Shown: positions 1-9,916, counted from the first letter of the stretch. The stretch is DNA of 46,915 nt from Deferrisomatales bacterium (GCA_033551855.1 JAWSUI010000030.1:1-46915); one strand, 5' to 3'. The notes: generated by a model not told the origin, from the sequence alone. Translations and numbers: made by a program.

Positions 1-1017
1 GGCCTGCTCCGGCCCTGTTCGCCGAACGCCCTCGCGGAGGACCCGGTACGGGTTCTCCGGGCGTACCGCTTCGCGGCGGCCCTGGGCCTGGCGTTTGCCC
101 CGGAGCTGCCCCCTCTCCTGGCGCGGGCGGCGCCGGGGCTTCGGAACGTTTCCCCCGAGCGGGTGCGCACGGAGCTCTTCGCCGTGCTCGGCCTCCCCGG
201 GGCCGGGGCCTCCCTGCGGGGGATGGCGGAGGACGGCGTGCTCGGGGCGCTCTTCCCCGTGGTCGAGGGTTGGAGGGGGCTCGACCAGGGCACCTACCAC
301 GCCCACGATCTGTGGGAACACAGCTTGCGGGCTGCGGAGACGGCTGCGGCCTTGGCCGATGTCCAGGGGAGCCTGCCCCGCCCCGAGGCCCTGACCCGGC
401 ACCTGGGGGAGGAGTGGGAGGAGGGGGTCACCCGGCGTGCCCTCCTGGTCTTCGTCGCGCTCTTCCACGACGTGGGGAAGCCGGAAACCGCGACGACCGA
501 CACCAGCGGGGGCGGGGAGCGGCGCCGGTTTCTGGGGCACGAGGTCCGGGGGGGGGTGCGGGTGCGCCGGCTGCTCGCCGACTTGCGGGTCGGGCGCCGT
601 GCGGCCTCTGCCGCCCAGCGCCTGACCGCCGCCCACCTGCGCCTTTTCCAGCTTTCGGATCAGGCCCCGCCGACTCGCCGAGCCCGGCTGCGCTACCTGA
701 AGGACCTGGGGCGGGAGGTGCCCGAGGCCGTGCTCCTCTCCCTGGCCGACGAGGCGGCCACCGGGCCGGCGCCGCGCTGCCTGGCGGCTGTGCGGCGCAC
801 GGCGGAGGAGGTGCTGGAGCTCTTCTGGGAGCAGAGCGAGGCGTGCCCCGTCGAGCCCCTCCTCCGGGGACGAGACCTGGTCGGGAAAGTCGGCGTCGAC
901 CCCGGGCCCCGGGTCGGGGAGCTCCTGCGGGCGGTGGAGGAGGCGGAGCGGAGCGGTGCGGTGCGGACCCGCCGCCAAGCGCTGGCCCTGGCGCGGCGAC
1001 TCGTTCGGGAGGGGTAG
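1..1017 (+). CDS. CCA tRNA nucleotidyltransferase / poly(A) polymerase family protein with HD domain (5'-truncated by window edge)
   Basis: Frame open from base 1: GLLRPCSPNALAEDPVRVLRAYRFAAALG (EDPxRxLRAxRF motif), then HAHDLWEHSL and ALFHDVGKP (HD domain) and a C-terminal LLRGRDL...PGPRVGELL typical of class II CCA enzymes. Confidence 0.85.
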   Translation, partial: GLLRPCSPNALAEDPVRVLRAYRFAAALGLAFAPELPPLLARAAPGLRNVSPERVRTELFAVLGLPGAGASLRGMAEDGVLGALFPVVEGWRGLDQGTYHAHDLWEHSLRAAETAAALADVQGSLPRPEALTRHLGEEWEEGVTRRALLVFVALFHDVGKPETATTDTSGGGERRRFLGHEVRGGVRVRRLLADLRVGRRAASAAQRLTAAHLRLFQLSDQAPPTRRARLRYLKDLGREVPEAVLLSLADEAATGPAPRCLAAVRRTAEEVLELFWEQSEACPVEPLLRGRDLVGKVGVDPGPRVGELLRAVEEAERSGAVRTRRQALALARRLVREG

Positions 1018-1115
1018 GGTGAAGTGCGGGGAGGGCTTTTTGTGGTACCCTCCTGCAGCCGGCCGGTGTATTGGGGAAGGCCCGTCCCGGGAGGTCTCGG
1101 GGGAGGAGGAACATC

Positions 1116-1835
1116 GTGAAGCGCGTCGTACGTGTGAGAGACCGGAAAGACGCCGCAGAGGGCATCGCGGTGTTGGAGCTGGACAAGCCCGAGGGGTTTT
1201 CCTTCCGCCCGGGCCAGTGGTGCTTCCTGAACCTTCCCGACCGGGGGTTCTCCGACGAGCGGGGCCTGCGCCGCCACCTGAGCCTCGCGTCCGGGCCGGG
1301 TGACGACGGCCTGGTCTTTGCGACCAAGGTCTCGGGGAGCGCCTTCAAGCAGACCCTGGCCCGCCTCGAGCCCGGCGACGAGGTCGGTCTCGAGGAGCCA
1401 AAGGGGGCCTTCGGCCTCCCGGAAGAGACCCGCACCCCGCTGGTCTTCCTGGCCGGCGGCATCGGGATCACTCCCTTCCGGTCCCTGCTCCGGCACGTCG
1501 TTCAGGCGGGGACCGGGCACAGGATCACGCTCTTGTATTCCAACCGGACACCCGAAGAGGCGGTCTTCCTGGACGATCTGCAGGAGTTGTGCGCCGGCCG
1601 GCCCGAGCTTCGCTTCGTGGCCACCATGACCCGCATGGGGGACGCGTCCCGCCCCTGGGGCGGTTCCACCGGCCGCATCGGCCCGGAGCTGATCCGCTCG
1701 CACTGCCCGGAGTGGGAACGAGCGCTCTACCTCCTCTCCGGGCCCCCCCCCATGGTGGACGCGATGGCCGGCTCGCTGCGGGAGATGGAGATCCCGGAGG
1801 AGCGCGTGCGCACCGAGAAGTTTTCGGGCTACTGA
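1116..1835 (+). CDS. FAD/NAD(P)-binding oxidoreductase (ferredoxin-NADP reductase-like)
   Basis: FRPGQW, RHLSLAS, LAGGIGITPF, LLYSNRT and YLLSGPPPMV motifs; GTG at 1116 preceded by GGAGGAGG. Confidence 0.85.
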   Translation: MKRVVRVRDRKDAAEGIAVLELDKPEGFSFRPGQWCFLNLPDRGFSDERGLRRHLSLASGPGDDGLVFATKVSGSAFKQTLARLEPGDEVGLEEPKGAFGLPEETRTPLVFLAGGIGITPFRSLLRHVVQAGTGHRITLLYSNRTPEEAVFLDDLQELCAGRPELRFVATMTRMGDASRPWGGSTGRIGPELIRSHCPEWERALYLLSGPPPMVDAMAGSLREMEIPEERVRTEKFSGY

Positions 1836-1843
1836 CGCCCCCC

Positions 1844-1933
1844 GGGATCGCTAGCGGTGTCGGCATAGCCGTCGGTATCGGGAGCGCTATCGACAGGGGC
1901 CTGGAAACTGCTCCCGATCCCGATTGCGATGAG
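1844..1933. repeat. Degenerate hexamer array (GGNATC-like) with an inverted partner (GATNCC-like)
   Basis: gggatc gctagc ggtgtc ggcata gccgtc ggtatc gggagc gctatc (1844-1891), then gctccc gatccc gattgc gatgag (1910-1933). Confidence 0.55.
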
Positions 1934-1986
1934 GACGGAACCCACGTGCCCGCCGGGCGGGGCAGGCCGGCACGGCCGGAAGGAGG

Positions 1987-2643
1987 ATGGGGATGGGAAG
2001 GCGAAGAGTCGTGGTGGCTGTTCTCGCCGCAGCCCTGGTGGCCGGCACGCTCCCGGCCGCGGCCGGGGACAGGGGGGGAGGGAAGGGCAAGCCGGGCCAC
2101 CCCCACGGGGGCAAGGGGATCAAGGTGAAGGTCGACCACCGGGGAGGGGGCCCGCCGCCCTGGGCCCCGGCCCACGGCTACCGGCGCCACGGTGCGGCGC
2201 CGGCCGGCGCGGTGTACGTCGCGCCGTTCCAGATCGACCTGGGGCGCTGCAACCGCGGAACCCTGGGGGCGGTGCTCGGGGGCGCCGCGGGCGGGGCCGC
2301 GGGCGCCCAGGTGGGCGGCGGCAAGGGCCGGGACGCCGCGATCATCGGGGGGACCATCATCGGCGTGATCGTGGGACAGCGGATCGGGCGGTGGATGGAC
2401 GAGGTGGACCAGGCGTGCGTGGGCCAGACCCTGGAGCATGCCCCGTCCGGCCGCCCCGTGGAGTGGGTGAATCCGGACAACGGGGTGGTGTACCAGGTCA
2501 CCCCGACCGAGGCCTACCGGATCGGAGAGGACTTGTACTGCCGGGAGTTCCAGACCGAGGCCCAGATCGGCGGCAGGACCGAGCGACTCTACGGGACGGC
2601 GTGCCGCCAGCCCGACGGGGCCTGGGAGCGGGCCTCCCGGTGA
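1987..2643 (+). CDS. Glycine-zipper / 17 kDa surface antigen-like exported protein (RT0821/Lpp0805-like)
   Basis: Signal peptide, GGGPPPWAPAHGYR, glycine zipper GAVLGGAAGGAAGAQVG, C-terminal W.NPD...YCREF...YGTACRQPDGAW; AAGGAGG upstream. Confidence 0.8.
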   Translation: MGMGRRRVVVAVLAAALVAGTLPAAAGDRGGGKGKPGHPHGGKGIKVKVDHRGGGPPPWAPAHGYRRHGAAPAGAVYVAPFQIDLGRCNRGTLGAVLGGAAGGAAGAQVGGGKGRDAAIIGGTIIGVIVGQRIGRWMDEVDQACVGQTLEHAPSGRPVEWVNPDNGVVYQVTPTEAYRIGEDLYCREFQTEAQIGGRTERLYGTACRQPDGAWERASR

Positions 2644-2662
2644 GGGGCGAAAGGGACGGTCG

Positions 2663-3388
2663 GTGACGGGAGCGGCGGTCGGGTTCCGCTACGCCCCGGA
2701 AGTGGTTTCCCGGTTCCCGACGATCCGGGGAGGGATCCTGCTGGCGACGGGGGTGCGAGGGGGGCCGGCTCCGGAGGCGCTCGCCGAGGCCTTCCGTGCG
2801 GAGCAGGCGGCGGTCCGGGAACGCCTGAGGGACGCTCCCCTGGCGGAGTTGCCCGCCCTGGCCGCGTGGCGGCAGGCCTTTGCCGCCTTCGGGGTGAAGC
2901 CCACCCAGTACCGGAGCGCTGCCGAGGCGCTGCTCCGCCGCCTCACGAAGAAGGGCGACGTTCCCGGCGTAAACCTGCTCACGGACATCGGGAACCTGGT
3001 CAGCATCCGCTATGCCCTGCCCGTGGCGGTCCTCGACACGGCGGGGGTGACCGGCACCATCACGGTGCGCTTCGCGCAGGGGAAGGAGCCCTTTGTCGAG
3101 CTGGATGGGGAGGAGGTTCGGCACCCCGAGCCGGGTGAGGTGGTCTTCGTGGACGACGCCGGGCGGGTGCACGCCCGGCGCTGGTGCTGGCGCCAGAGCG
3201 CCGAGAGCGCCGCCGGGGCGGGGACGTCCCAGGTGCTCGTGACCGTGGAGGGGCTCCACTCCGGCGCCGAGGTGGACGTGGCCGCCGCGCTCCGGGACCT
3301 GTCGGCACTCCTCGGGCGGTTCGCCGGGGGGAGCAGCCGCTGGGAGCTCCTCTCGCCCGGCCGACCCGCCTTCGGACTTGTGGTTTGA
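2663..3388 (+). CDS. Stand-alone B3/B4 domain protein (PheRS beta editing domain-like)
   Basis: AWRQAF..FGVKPTQYRSAAEALLRR, NLLTDIGNLVSIRYALP and RRWCWRQS motifs. Confidence 0.85.
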   Translation: MTGAAVGFRYAPEVVSRFPTIRGGILLATGVRGGPAPEALAEAFRAEQAAVRERLRDAPLAELPALAAWRQAFAAFGVKPTQYRSAAEALLRRLTKKGDVPGVNLLTDIGNLVSIRYALPVAVLDTAGVTGTITVRFAQGKEPFVELDGEEVRHPEPGEVVFVDDAGRVHARRWCWRQSAESAAGAGTSQVLVTVEGLHSGAEVDVAAALRDLSALLGRFAGGSSRWELLSPGRPAFGLVV

Positions 3389-4268
3389 GGCACCAGTGCC
3401 CCCCCTGCTGAGCGCGGACGCCGGCCGGTGCACCGGGTGTGGTCTGTGCCGCACCACGTGCCCCCACCGGATCCCGGGCGTCGGACCGGACGGGGTCTCC
3501 CGGGCCGAGGATGCCGCTTCGAGCTCGTGCATCCTCTGCGGCCACTGCGCGGCGGTGTGCCCGACCGGGGCCCTGGTGCACCGCGACCTGGGGCCGGGAG
3601 AGCCCGAGCGGGCGGCGGCGCCTCCGGCGCCCGGAGCGGTCGCGGAGTGGCTGCGGGCCCGGCGTTCGATGCGGGCGTACCGCCCCGAGCCCCTGTCCCG
3701 AGAGGAGGTGGCTCGGCTCCTGGAGGGGGCCCGCCACGCCCCGACGGGTCACAACACCCGATCCCTCGGGTGCGTTGCGGTGCTCGGCGAGGCCCTCAGG
3801 GACCGGCTGCGGGACGAGTTGGTCGCCTTCTACCGGCGGATCTTCCGGGTGGTGCGGCGCCCCCTGGGGCGGGCTGTCCTCTCACTCGTTCTCGGGCGGG
3901 GGCGCGTGAGGGAGCTGGAGGGTGCCCTGCCCGGCATGGCCCGGGCCGAGGCCCGCCTCGCGCGGGGGGAGGACCCCCTCTTCCACGGGGCTCCCGCCGT
4001 GCTGCTCTTCCACGCGCCGGACTCCGAGACCGCGGAGGCCGACTGCGCCGGGGCGGCGACCCACGTGGCGCTGCTGGCGCCGAGCCTCGGGCTCGGCACC
4101 TGCCACATCGGGTACGCCTCCGCCGCCCTCCGGCGCCGGGCTGGACTGGCGCGGCGTTTCGGGGTCCCGGAGGGGCACCGGGTGTACGCCGTGCTGGCCG
4201 CCGGCCGTCCGGCGCTGGCGTACCCCCGGGTTCCGCCCCGTCCGGCCCTTGGCCTTCGCTTCCTGTGA
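3378..4268 (+). CDS. Nitroreductase family protein with N-terminal 2x[4Fe-4S] ferredoxin domain
   Basis: [12 protein letters not shown] and [25 protein letters not shown] and LGLGTCHIG nitroreductase motifs. Confidence 0.9.
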   Translation: MWFEAPVPPLLSADAGRCTGCGLCRTTCPHRIPGVGPDGVSRAEDAASSSCILCGHCAAVCPTGALVHRDLGPGEPERAAAPPAPGAVAEWLRARRSMRAYRPEPLSREEVARLLEGARHAPTGHNTRSLGCVAVLGEALRDRLRDELVAFYRRIFRVVRRPLGRAVLSLVLGRGRVRELEGALPGMARAEARLARGEDPLFHGAPAVLLFHAPDSETAEADCAGAATHVALLAPSLGLGTCHIGYASAALRRRAGLARRFGVPEGHRVYAVLAAGRPALAYPRVPPRPALGLRFL

Positions 4269-4351
4269 GGCGCCCTAGGCCCCCACGCCCACGGGCGGGG
4301 CGTGCCCGGGGATCGGTCGCGGGGAAGGGCCCGCCCGGAGAGGAGGAAGCC

Positions 4352-5116
4352 CTGGGGAAAGCGACGCGCGCCGCCCTGGTTACCGGGGGCGGTCAGGGGA
4401 TCGGGCGGGTTGTGGCCGAGCGGCTGCTGCGGGACGGGTTTGCCGTGGGGCTCCTGGAGGTGGATCGGGAGGCGGGGGAGGAGGCCGCCGGCGAGCTGGC
4501 TTCCCTGGGGGATGTCCGCTTCCTCCCGGGGGACGTGGCGGAGGAAGCACAGGTGGCCTCGGCCGTCCGGGCGGCCCTGGGCGCCTTCGGGAGGCTCGAC
4601 GCCCTCGTCAACAACGCGGGCATCGCCAAGGCCCACGGGCCGCCCCCGGAGGAGTTGGGCCTGGATTCCTGGAACCGGGTCCTCGCGGTCAACCTGACCG
4701 GGTCCTTCCTCTGCGCCCGGCACTGCGCCCCCCACCTCCGGGCGGTCCGGGGCACGATCGTCAACGTGGCGAGCACCCGGGCGCTGATGTCCGAGCCCCA
4801 CACCGAGGCCTACGCGGCCTCGAAAGGGGGGGTAGTCGCCCTGACCCACGCCCTGGCGGCTTCCCTGGGGCCGGAGATTCGGGTGAACTGCATCAGCCCG
4901 GGCTGGATCGAGGTGGGCCCGTGGAAGAAGCGCTCGGCCCGGCGGGAGGCCTCGGTGACGGAGGCCGACCACGCCCAGCACCCCGCCGGCAGGGTGGGCC
5001 GCCCGGAGGACGTGGCGGCGCTGACGGCGTTTCTTCTCTCCCCCGAGGCCGGTTTCGTGACCGGCGCGAACTTCGTGGTGGACGGGGGGATGACGCGGCG
5101 GATGCTGTACGTGTGA
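4352..5116 (+). CDS. Short-chain dehydrogenase/reductase (SDR); start uncertain (CTG 4352 or GTG 4265)
   Basis: [22 protein letters not shown] (YxxxK), [28 protein letters not shown] at 4341-4346 precedes CTG. Confidence 0.88.
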   Translation: MGKATRAALVTGGGQGIGRVVAERLLRDGFAVGLLEVDREAGEEAAGELASLGDVRFLPGDVAEEAQVASAVRAALGAFGRLDALVNNAGIAKAHGPPPEELGLDSWNRVLAVNLTGSFLCARHCAPHLRAVRGTIVNVASTRALMSEPHTEAYAASKGGVVALTHALAASLGPEIRVNCISPGWIEVGPWKKRSARREASVTEADHAQHPAGRVGRPEDVAALTAFLLSPEAGFVTGANFVVDGGMTRRMLYV

Positions 5117-5151
5117 GGGCGAGTGCTCGGGGGAACGGGAAAGGAGCGGGG

Positions 5152-8100
5152 ATGCCGGTGTACATCGGCTGCGATGTCGGGACCGTGAGCGTCAAGGGGG
5201 CGGTGCTCGCCCGGGGGGCTCCCCTGCCGGGCCCGGTCCCGGCTGGGTGGTCCGTGCTCGAGGTGCCGGGCGGCGACTGGACGATCTACCTGACCCCCTA
5301 CCGGCGGGCCCGTGGGGATCCCCTGGGCACCGCGGTCCAGCTCTTGGAGGAGCTCCGGGATGCACTGCCGGGGGGGTGGGCCGGGGTCTGCGCCACGGGC
5401 TCGGGGGGGCGGCTCCTGGCCGAGCGCCTGGGGTTCCCCTGGGAGAACGAGCTGCGCTCCCTCGCCCGGGCGGTGGGAGCCCTGCACCCGGGGTCCTCCC
5501 AGGTCTTCGAGATCGGGGGTGAGAGCGCCCGGTTCCTGCGCATCGAGGAGGGGGAGGGGGCGGCCGCGATCGTCGATTACGACACCAACGGGGAGTGCGC
5601 GGCGGGGACGGGCTCCTTCCTCGATCAGCAGGCCACCCGGCTGCGCTACCGGGTGGAGGAGGTGGGGGCGGTGGCCCTGTCGTGCGAGAAGGGCGCCAAC
5701 GTGGCCGGCCGGTGCTCGGTCTTTGCCAAGTCCGATATGATCCACGCCCAGCAGAAGGGGGCGTCCCCCGCGGAGGTGCTCCGGGGCCTGTGCGACGCCG
5801 TGGCCCGCAACTTCAAGGCCAGCGTCGTGAAGGTGCGGCCGGTGGAGGGCCCGGCGGTGTTTCTCGGCGGGGTGGCGAGAAACGCCGGCGTCCGACGGGC
5901 CCTGGCCGACATCTTCGCCTTGAACGGCCAGCTCTTGACCCCTGAGCACCCGGCCCACTACGGGGCGATCGGCGCTGCCCTGGCGCTGCGGGAGCGGGAG
6001 GAAGGGAGGCAGGGGCCTCCCGCCCGGCGGGCGCCTGCCCCGGCTGCCCTGCCCTCGTGGGACCCCCTGGAGCTTTCGCGCGTCACCCTTCTGCGGGACC
6101 GGGCCATCGCCGCGCCGCTGGCGGCAAACGGGGGACACGCCCCGGTCTACCTGGGGGTGGACATCGGGTCCGTGAGCACGAACCTCGTCCTCACGGACGC
6201 CGAGGGGAACCTGGTGCACGAGATCTACCTGCGCACCCGCGGCCGGCCCATCGAGGCGGTGGACGAGGGCCTCGAGGAGCTGCGGGCGCTCTTCGGCGAA
6301 CGGGTGGAGGTGCGGGGCGTGGCCACCACGGGATCGGGCCGGGAGCTCATCGGCGAGCTCCTGGGGGCGGACCTCGTGGTGGACGAGATCACGGCCCACA
6401 AGACCGGCGCATTTCACATCGCGCGGCGCCACCTGGGGACCGGGGTGGATACGATCTTCGAGATCGGGGGCCAGGACGCCAAGTACATCCACCTGAAGGA
6501 CGGAATCGTCGTCCACTTCGCCATGAACGAGGCCTGCGCCGCCGGGACGGGCTCCTTCCTCGAGGAGCAGGCGGAGAAGCTCGGGGTGGCCATCGTGGAC
6601 GAGTTCTCCCGCCTGGCCCTCTCGTCCGCGGCTCCCACCCGCCTGGGGGAGCGGTGCACGGTGTTCATGGAGCGCGACGTGGCCCGGAGCCAGAACCAGG
6701 GGGCCGAGCTTCCCGACCTGGTGGCCGGCCTCGCCTACGCGGTGGTGCAGAATTACCTCAACCGGGTTGTGCGCGGCCGGCCCGTCGGGGAGGTGGTCTT
6801 CTTCCAGGGGGGTACCGCCTACAACGACGCCGTGGCGGCGGCGTTCGCCCAGGTGCTCGGGAAGACCGTGGTCGTCCCCCCCCACAACGGCGTCGTCGGC
6901 GCCTACGGCGCGGCCCTGCTGGCCCAGGAGAAGGCGGCGGCCCTGGGGGAGGGGACGAGGTTTCGGGGCTACCGCCTGCAGGACTCCGGCTACGAGGTCC
7001 GCGCGTTCGCCTGCGGGTCCTGCACCAACTCCTGCGACATCCAGGAGTACCGCGTCGAGGGGCGAAGGAGCTACTGGGGCGACAAGTGCGCCGAGAAGTA
7101 TCGCCAGGAGGCCCGGGTTCCCCGGGAGCCCGCCACTGCCGACCTCATCTCCTTGCGGGAGGAGCTCCTGGAAGCCGACTACGCCGGCCGGTTCCTCCGG
7201 GGGGAGGGGGGGCCGGGGCTGCTGCGCCAGGCGCGCCGGGCCGCGCAGGGCAGGGCGGCGGCTGGGAGCCCCGGGGCGGTGGGAATCCCTCGGGCCCTCT
7301 ACGCTTACGACCGGCTTCCCTTCTGGGGCACCTACCTGCGTGCCCTGGGGTTCGAGGTGCGCCTGTCCGCCGCGACGACCAAGAAGGTGGCGGACCTGGG
7401 GGTGGAAGCGGCTGTCGCCGAGCCCTGCTTCCCGGTCCAGGTGGCCCACGGCCACGTCGTGGGCCTGCTGCGCGAGGGTGTGGACCGGGTGCTCCTGCCC
7501 AACGTGGTCGATGCCGAGGCTCCTCCGGGTCATCCCCACCCGACCTATCTCTGCCCCTGGAACCAGACTGCGCCTTTCGTCGTGGCGGCGAGCCATCTGG
7601 TGGAGGGCGGCGACGGGTGCTTCCTGCGGCCAACGGTGCACTTTCGCCGGGGGCCCGGCGCGGTGGAGCGGCAGCTCTGGCAGGCCTTACGGGCGTACGG
7701 GTTCGCCCGCGAGCACCACCGGGCGGCGGTGTCCCTGGCGTACGCCGCCCAGCGGGCCTTCGAGGAGGCACTGACGGCTGCCGGCGCCCGGGCCCTCGAG
7801 ATCCTGGAACGCACCGGGGAGGCCGGAATCGTGCTCGTGGGGCGCCCCTACAACGCCTTCGACAAGGGGCTCAACCTCAACGTCCCCCGGAAGCTCCGGA
7901 GCCTCTATGGGGTCAACGTGCTCCCCCTGGACGCCCTGCCCCTGGAGGACGTGGGGATCGACGACCTCAACCCCAACATGTTCTGGAACTACGGCCGCAA
8001 GATCCTCCAGGCCGCCCGGTACACCAGCGGTCACCCGAACCTGCACCTCGTCTACGTCACGAACTTCAAGTGCGGCCCGGACTCCTACCTGAAGCACTTC

Positions 8101-8313
8101 TGCGAGGACGCTGCGGGCAAGCCCTTCCTCGTCCTCCAGTTCGACGGCCACGGCAACGACGCGGGCACCATGACGCGGTGTGAGGCCTACCTCGACAGCA
8201 AGGGAATCCTGCGATGGTGGAGCGCCGAGCAAGGCTCGACGGACGAACCCTCTACGTGCCGCGGATGTGCGTCGGCGCCTCCCACGCCCTCGCTGCCGGC
8301 TTTCGGGGGGTAG
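5152..8313 (+). CDS. 2-hydroxyacyl-CoA dehydratase activase-like protein (two BadF/BadG/BcrA/BcrD ATPase domains plus DUF2229-like region)
   Basis: Two ASKHA modules (GCDVGTVSVK...EIGGES...ECAAGTGSFL...RCSVFAKSD and GVDIGSVST...EIGGQDAK...ACAAGTGSFL...RCTVFME), CGSCTNSC, VGIPRAL, PCFPV, NFKCGPDS; ATG 5152 with AAGGAG. Confidence 0.9.
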   Translation: MPVYIGCDVGTVSVKGAVLARGAPLPGPVPAGWSVLEVPGGDWTIYLTPYRRARGDPLGTAVQLLEELRDALPGGWAGVCATGSGGRLLAERLGFPWENELRSLARAVGALHPGSSQVFEIGGESARFLRIEEGEGAAAIVDYDTNGECAAGTGSFLDQQATRLRYRVEEVGAVALSCEKGANVAGRCSVFAKSDMIHAQQKGASPAEVLRGLCDAVARNFKASVVKVRPVEGPAVFLGGVARNAGVRRALADIFALNGQLLTPEHPAHYGAIGAALALREREEGRQGPPARRAPAPAALPSWDPLELSRVTLLRDRAIAAPLAANGGHAPVYLGVDIGSVSTNLVLTDAEGNLVHEIYLRTRGRPIEAVDEGLEELRALFGERVEVRGVATTGSGRELIGELLGADLVVDEITAHKTGAFHIARRHLGTGVDTIFEIGGQDAKYIHLKDGIVVHFAMNEACAAGTGSFLEEQAEKLGVAIVDEFSRLALSSAAPTRLGERCTVFMERDVARSQNQGAELPDLVAGLAYAVVQNYLNRVVRGRPVGEVVFFQGGTAYNDAVAAAFAQVLGKTVVVPPHNGVVGAYGAALLAQEKAAALGEGTRFRGYRLQDSGYEVRAFACGSCTNSCDIQEYRVEGRRSYWGDKCAEKYRQEARVPREPATADLISLREELLEADYAGRFLRGEGGPGLLRQARRAAQGRAAAGSPGAVGIPRALYAYDRLPFWGTYLRALGFEVRLSAATTKKVADLGVEAAVAEPCFPVQVAHGHVVGLLREGVDRVLLPNVVDAEAPPGHPHPTYLCPWNQTAPFVVAASHLVEGGDGCFLRPTVHFRRGPGAVERQLWQALRAYGFAREHHRAAVSLAYAAQRAFEEALTAAGARALEILERTGEAGIVLVGRPYNAFDKGLNLNVPRKLRSLYGVNVLPLDALPLEDVGIDDLNPNMFWNYGRKILQAARYTSGHPNLHLVYVTNFKCGPDSYLKHFCEDAAGKPFLVLQFDGHGNDAGTMTRCEAYLDSKGILRWWSAEQGSTDEPSTCRGCASAPPTPSLPAFGG

Positions 8314-9491
8314 GGATCGACGCCCGCCCCTGTCCCCAGGCGGGGGCGTGGGCCACGGAGCTCGCCCAGCGCTACACCAGCGGCGACGAGTGCTACCCGC
8401 AGCGGGTGACCCTGGCGGACTTCTTCCAGGCCATGGACGAGGAGGGGTTCGACCCCCCACGGGCCGCCTTCCTCATGCCCACCACGAGCGGGCCGTGCCG
8501 GTTCGGCCAATACTCGCTGCTCCTGGAGCGGGTGCTGCGGCTCCACGGGTGCCCCGAGGTGGCGGTCGTCTCCCCGAGCTCCGACACCGGGTACCGCGAG
8601 ATCGCGGCGCATGCGACCTCGCTCAAGCGGCTCCTGTGGTGGGCCACCGTCGGCTCCGACGTGCTGCGGTCCCTCCTCCACCGCACCCGCCCCTACGAGA
8701 CGGTCCCGGGCACGGCCGACCGGGCCTACGAGGAGGGCCTGGAGGATCTCTGCGCGGCCCTCGCCGCCCCCGGGGGGGCCGGCGGGCCCAAGCTCGCCCG
8801 CGTGGCCGCGAGCCTCGGCCGGAGCCTCGCCCGCTTCCGGGGGGTCGAAGCCGACCGTTCCCGGGAGCGCCTCCTGGTGGGGATGGTGGGGGAGATCTTC
8901 TGCCGCCTCAGCACCTTCAGCAACGAGGACGTGATCCGGACGGTCGAACGGCTGGGGGGCGAGGTGTGGCTCTCGGGGATCGGGGAGTGGGTCTGGTACG
9001 TCAACGAGTGGGAGAAGGTCCAGGCCCGCTCCGGCGGTCTCCCCAATCTGCTCTCCTGGTTCGGCACGGCCCTGTCCCTGGCGGTGCAGCGCCGGGACGA
9101 GCACCGGCTCCTGGCCCCGGTGGAGGAGGCCGTCCGGGGCTACGAGGAGCCCCACGAGGTCTCCGAGGTCCTGGAGCTCGCCCGGCCCTACCTGCCTTGG
9201 GAGGGGGCCCTGGGGGAGATGGTCCTGAGCGTCGGGAAGGCCGCCTACCTCCAACGAAAGGGAGCGGACGCCGTCATCGACGTGAGCCCCTTCGGGTGCA
9301 TGAACGGGGTCGTCTCCGAGGCCGTCTACCCCCGGGTGAGCCGAGACTACGGGGGCATCCCCATCCGCAACTTCTACTTCGACGGCGCCGGCGCCGACCC
9401 CGAGTCGGACCTGGAGATCTTCCTCGAGCTCGCCCGCAACTACCGCCGCCGAAAGCCCGTGCCCCGGCCCCCGGCGGGGTTGGGGGGGTGA
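8214..9491 (+). CDS. CoA-substrate enzyme activase-associated partner protein (C-terminal module of the activase system)
   Basis: LYVPRM, SGDECYP, GPCRFGQY, VGMVGEIFCR, GEMVLSVG and SPFGCMNG motifs typical of activase-related partner subunits. Confidence 0.8.
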   Translation: MVERRARLDGRTLYVPRMCVGASHALAAGFRGVGIDARPCPQAGAWATELAQRYTSGDECYPQRVTLADFFQAMDEEGFDPPRAAFLMPTTSGPCRFGQYSLLLERVLRLHGCPEVAVVSPSSDTGYREIAAHATSLKRLLWWATVGSDVLRSLLHRTRPYETVPGTADRAYEEGLEDLCAALAAPGGAGGPKLARVAASLGRSLARFRGVEADRSRERLLVGMVGEIFCRLSTFSNEDVIRTVERLGGEVWLSGIGEWVWYVNEWEKVQARSGGLPNLLSWFGTALSLAVQRRDEHRLLAPVEEAVRGYEEPHEVSEVLELARPYLPWEGALGEMVLSVGKAAYLQRKGADAVIDVSPFGCMNGVVSEAVYPRVSRDYGGIPIRNFYFDGAGADPESDLEIFLELARNYRRRKPVPRPPAGLGG

Positions 9492-9661
9492 GGCTCCTTT
9501 CGCCAAGCGCGACCCGCGCACCAGGCCCGTTGCTTACCGCAGAGGACCGACAGGTCTCCGAGGCCGCCCCGGACCCCGTCTCGCCGTCGAGGGCAGGCCT
9601 TCGGCTTCGCCGGGGGTCCCGGTGCCTGCTCGCCACCCCCGAGCGCCGTCGCCGTCCTTGG

Positions 9662-9916
9662 TCAATAGTGGAAGCGCAGTTGGGCGATCAAGAGGCGATC
9701 CCCCTCCACCTTGTAGACAATTCGATGTTCGTCGGTGATGCGCCGCGACCAGTAGCCGGACAGTGCGTGCTTCAATGGTTCGGGTTTGCCGACGCCCTCG
9801 AACGGGGACCGGCGGATAACTTTGATGAGCGAATTTATCCTTTGCAGGACCTTCCGGTCGGTATCCTGCCAGTACAGATACTCCTCCCAAGCGTGCTCGG
9901 AGAAGAGGACCCTCAC
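9662..9916 (-). CDS. yoeB: Txe/YoeB family type II toxin
   Basis: AWEEYLYWQ..D...GKPEPLKH.LSGYWSRRITDEHRIVY...LRFHY; overlaps the antitoxin stop by 4 nt. Confidence 0.95.
   Translation of the reverse strand: MRVLFSEHAWEEYLYWQDTDRKVLQRINSLIKVIRRSPFEGVGKPEPLKHALSGYWSRRITDEHRIVYKVEGDRLLIAQLRFHY

Noticed and set aside
4810..7641. 943-aa minus-strand ORF and other long antisense or alternate-frame ORFs (e.g. 22732-25182, 15854-17665, 30514-32310, 44760-46799)
   Set aside because: They are shadows of well-supported genes in high-GC DNA and have no recognisable motifs
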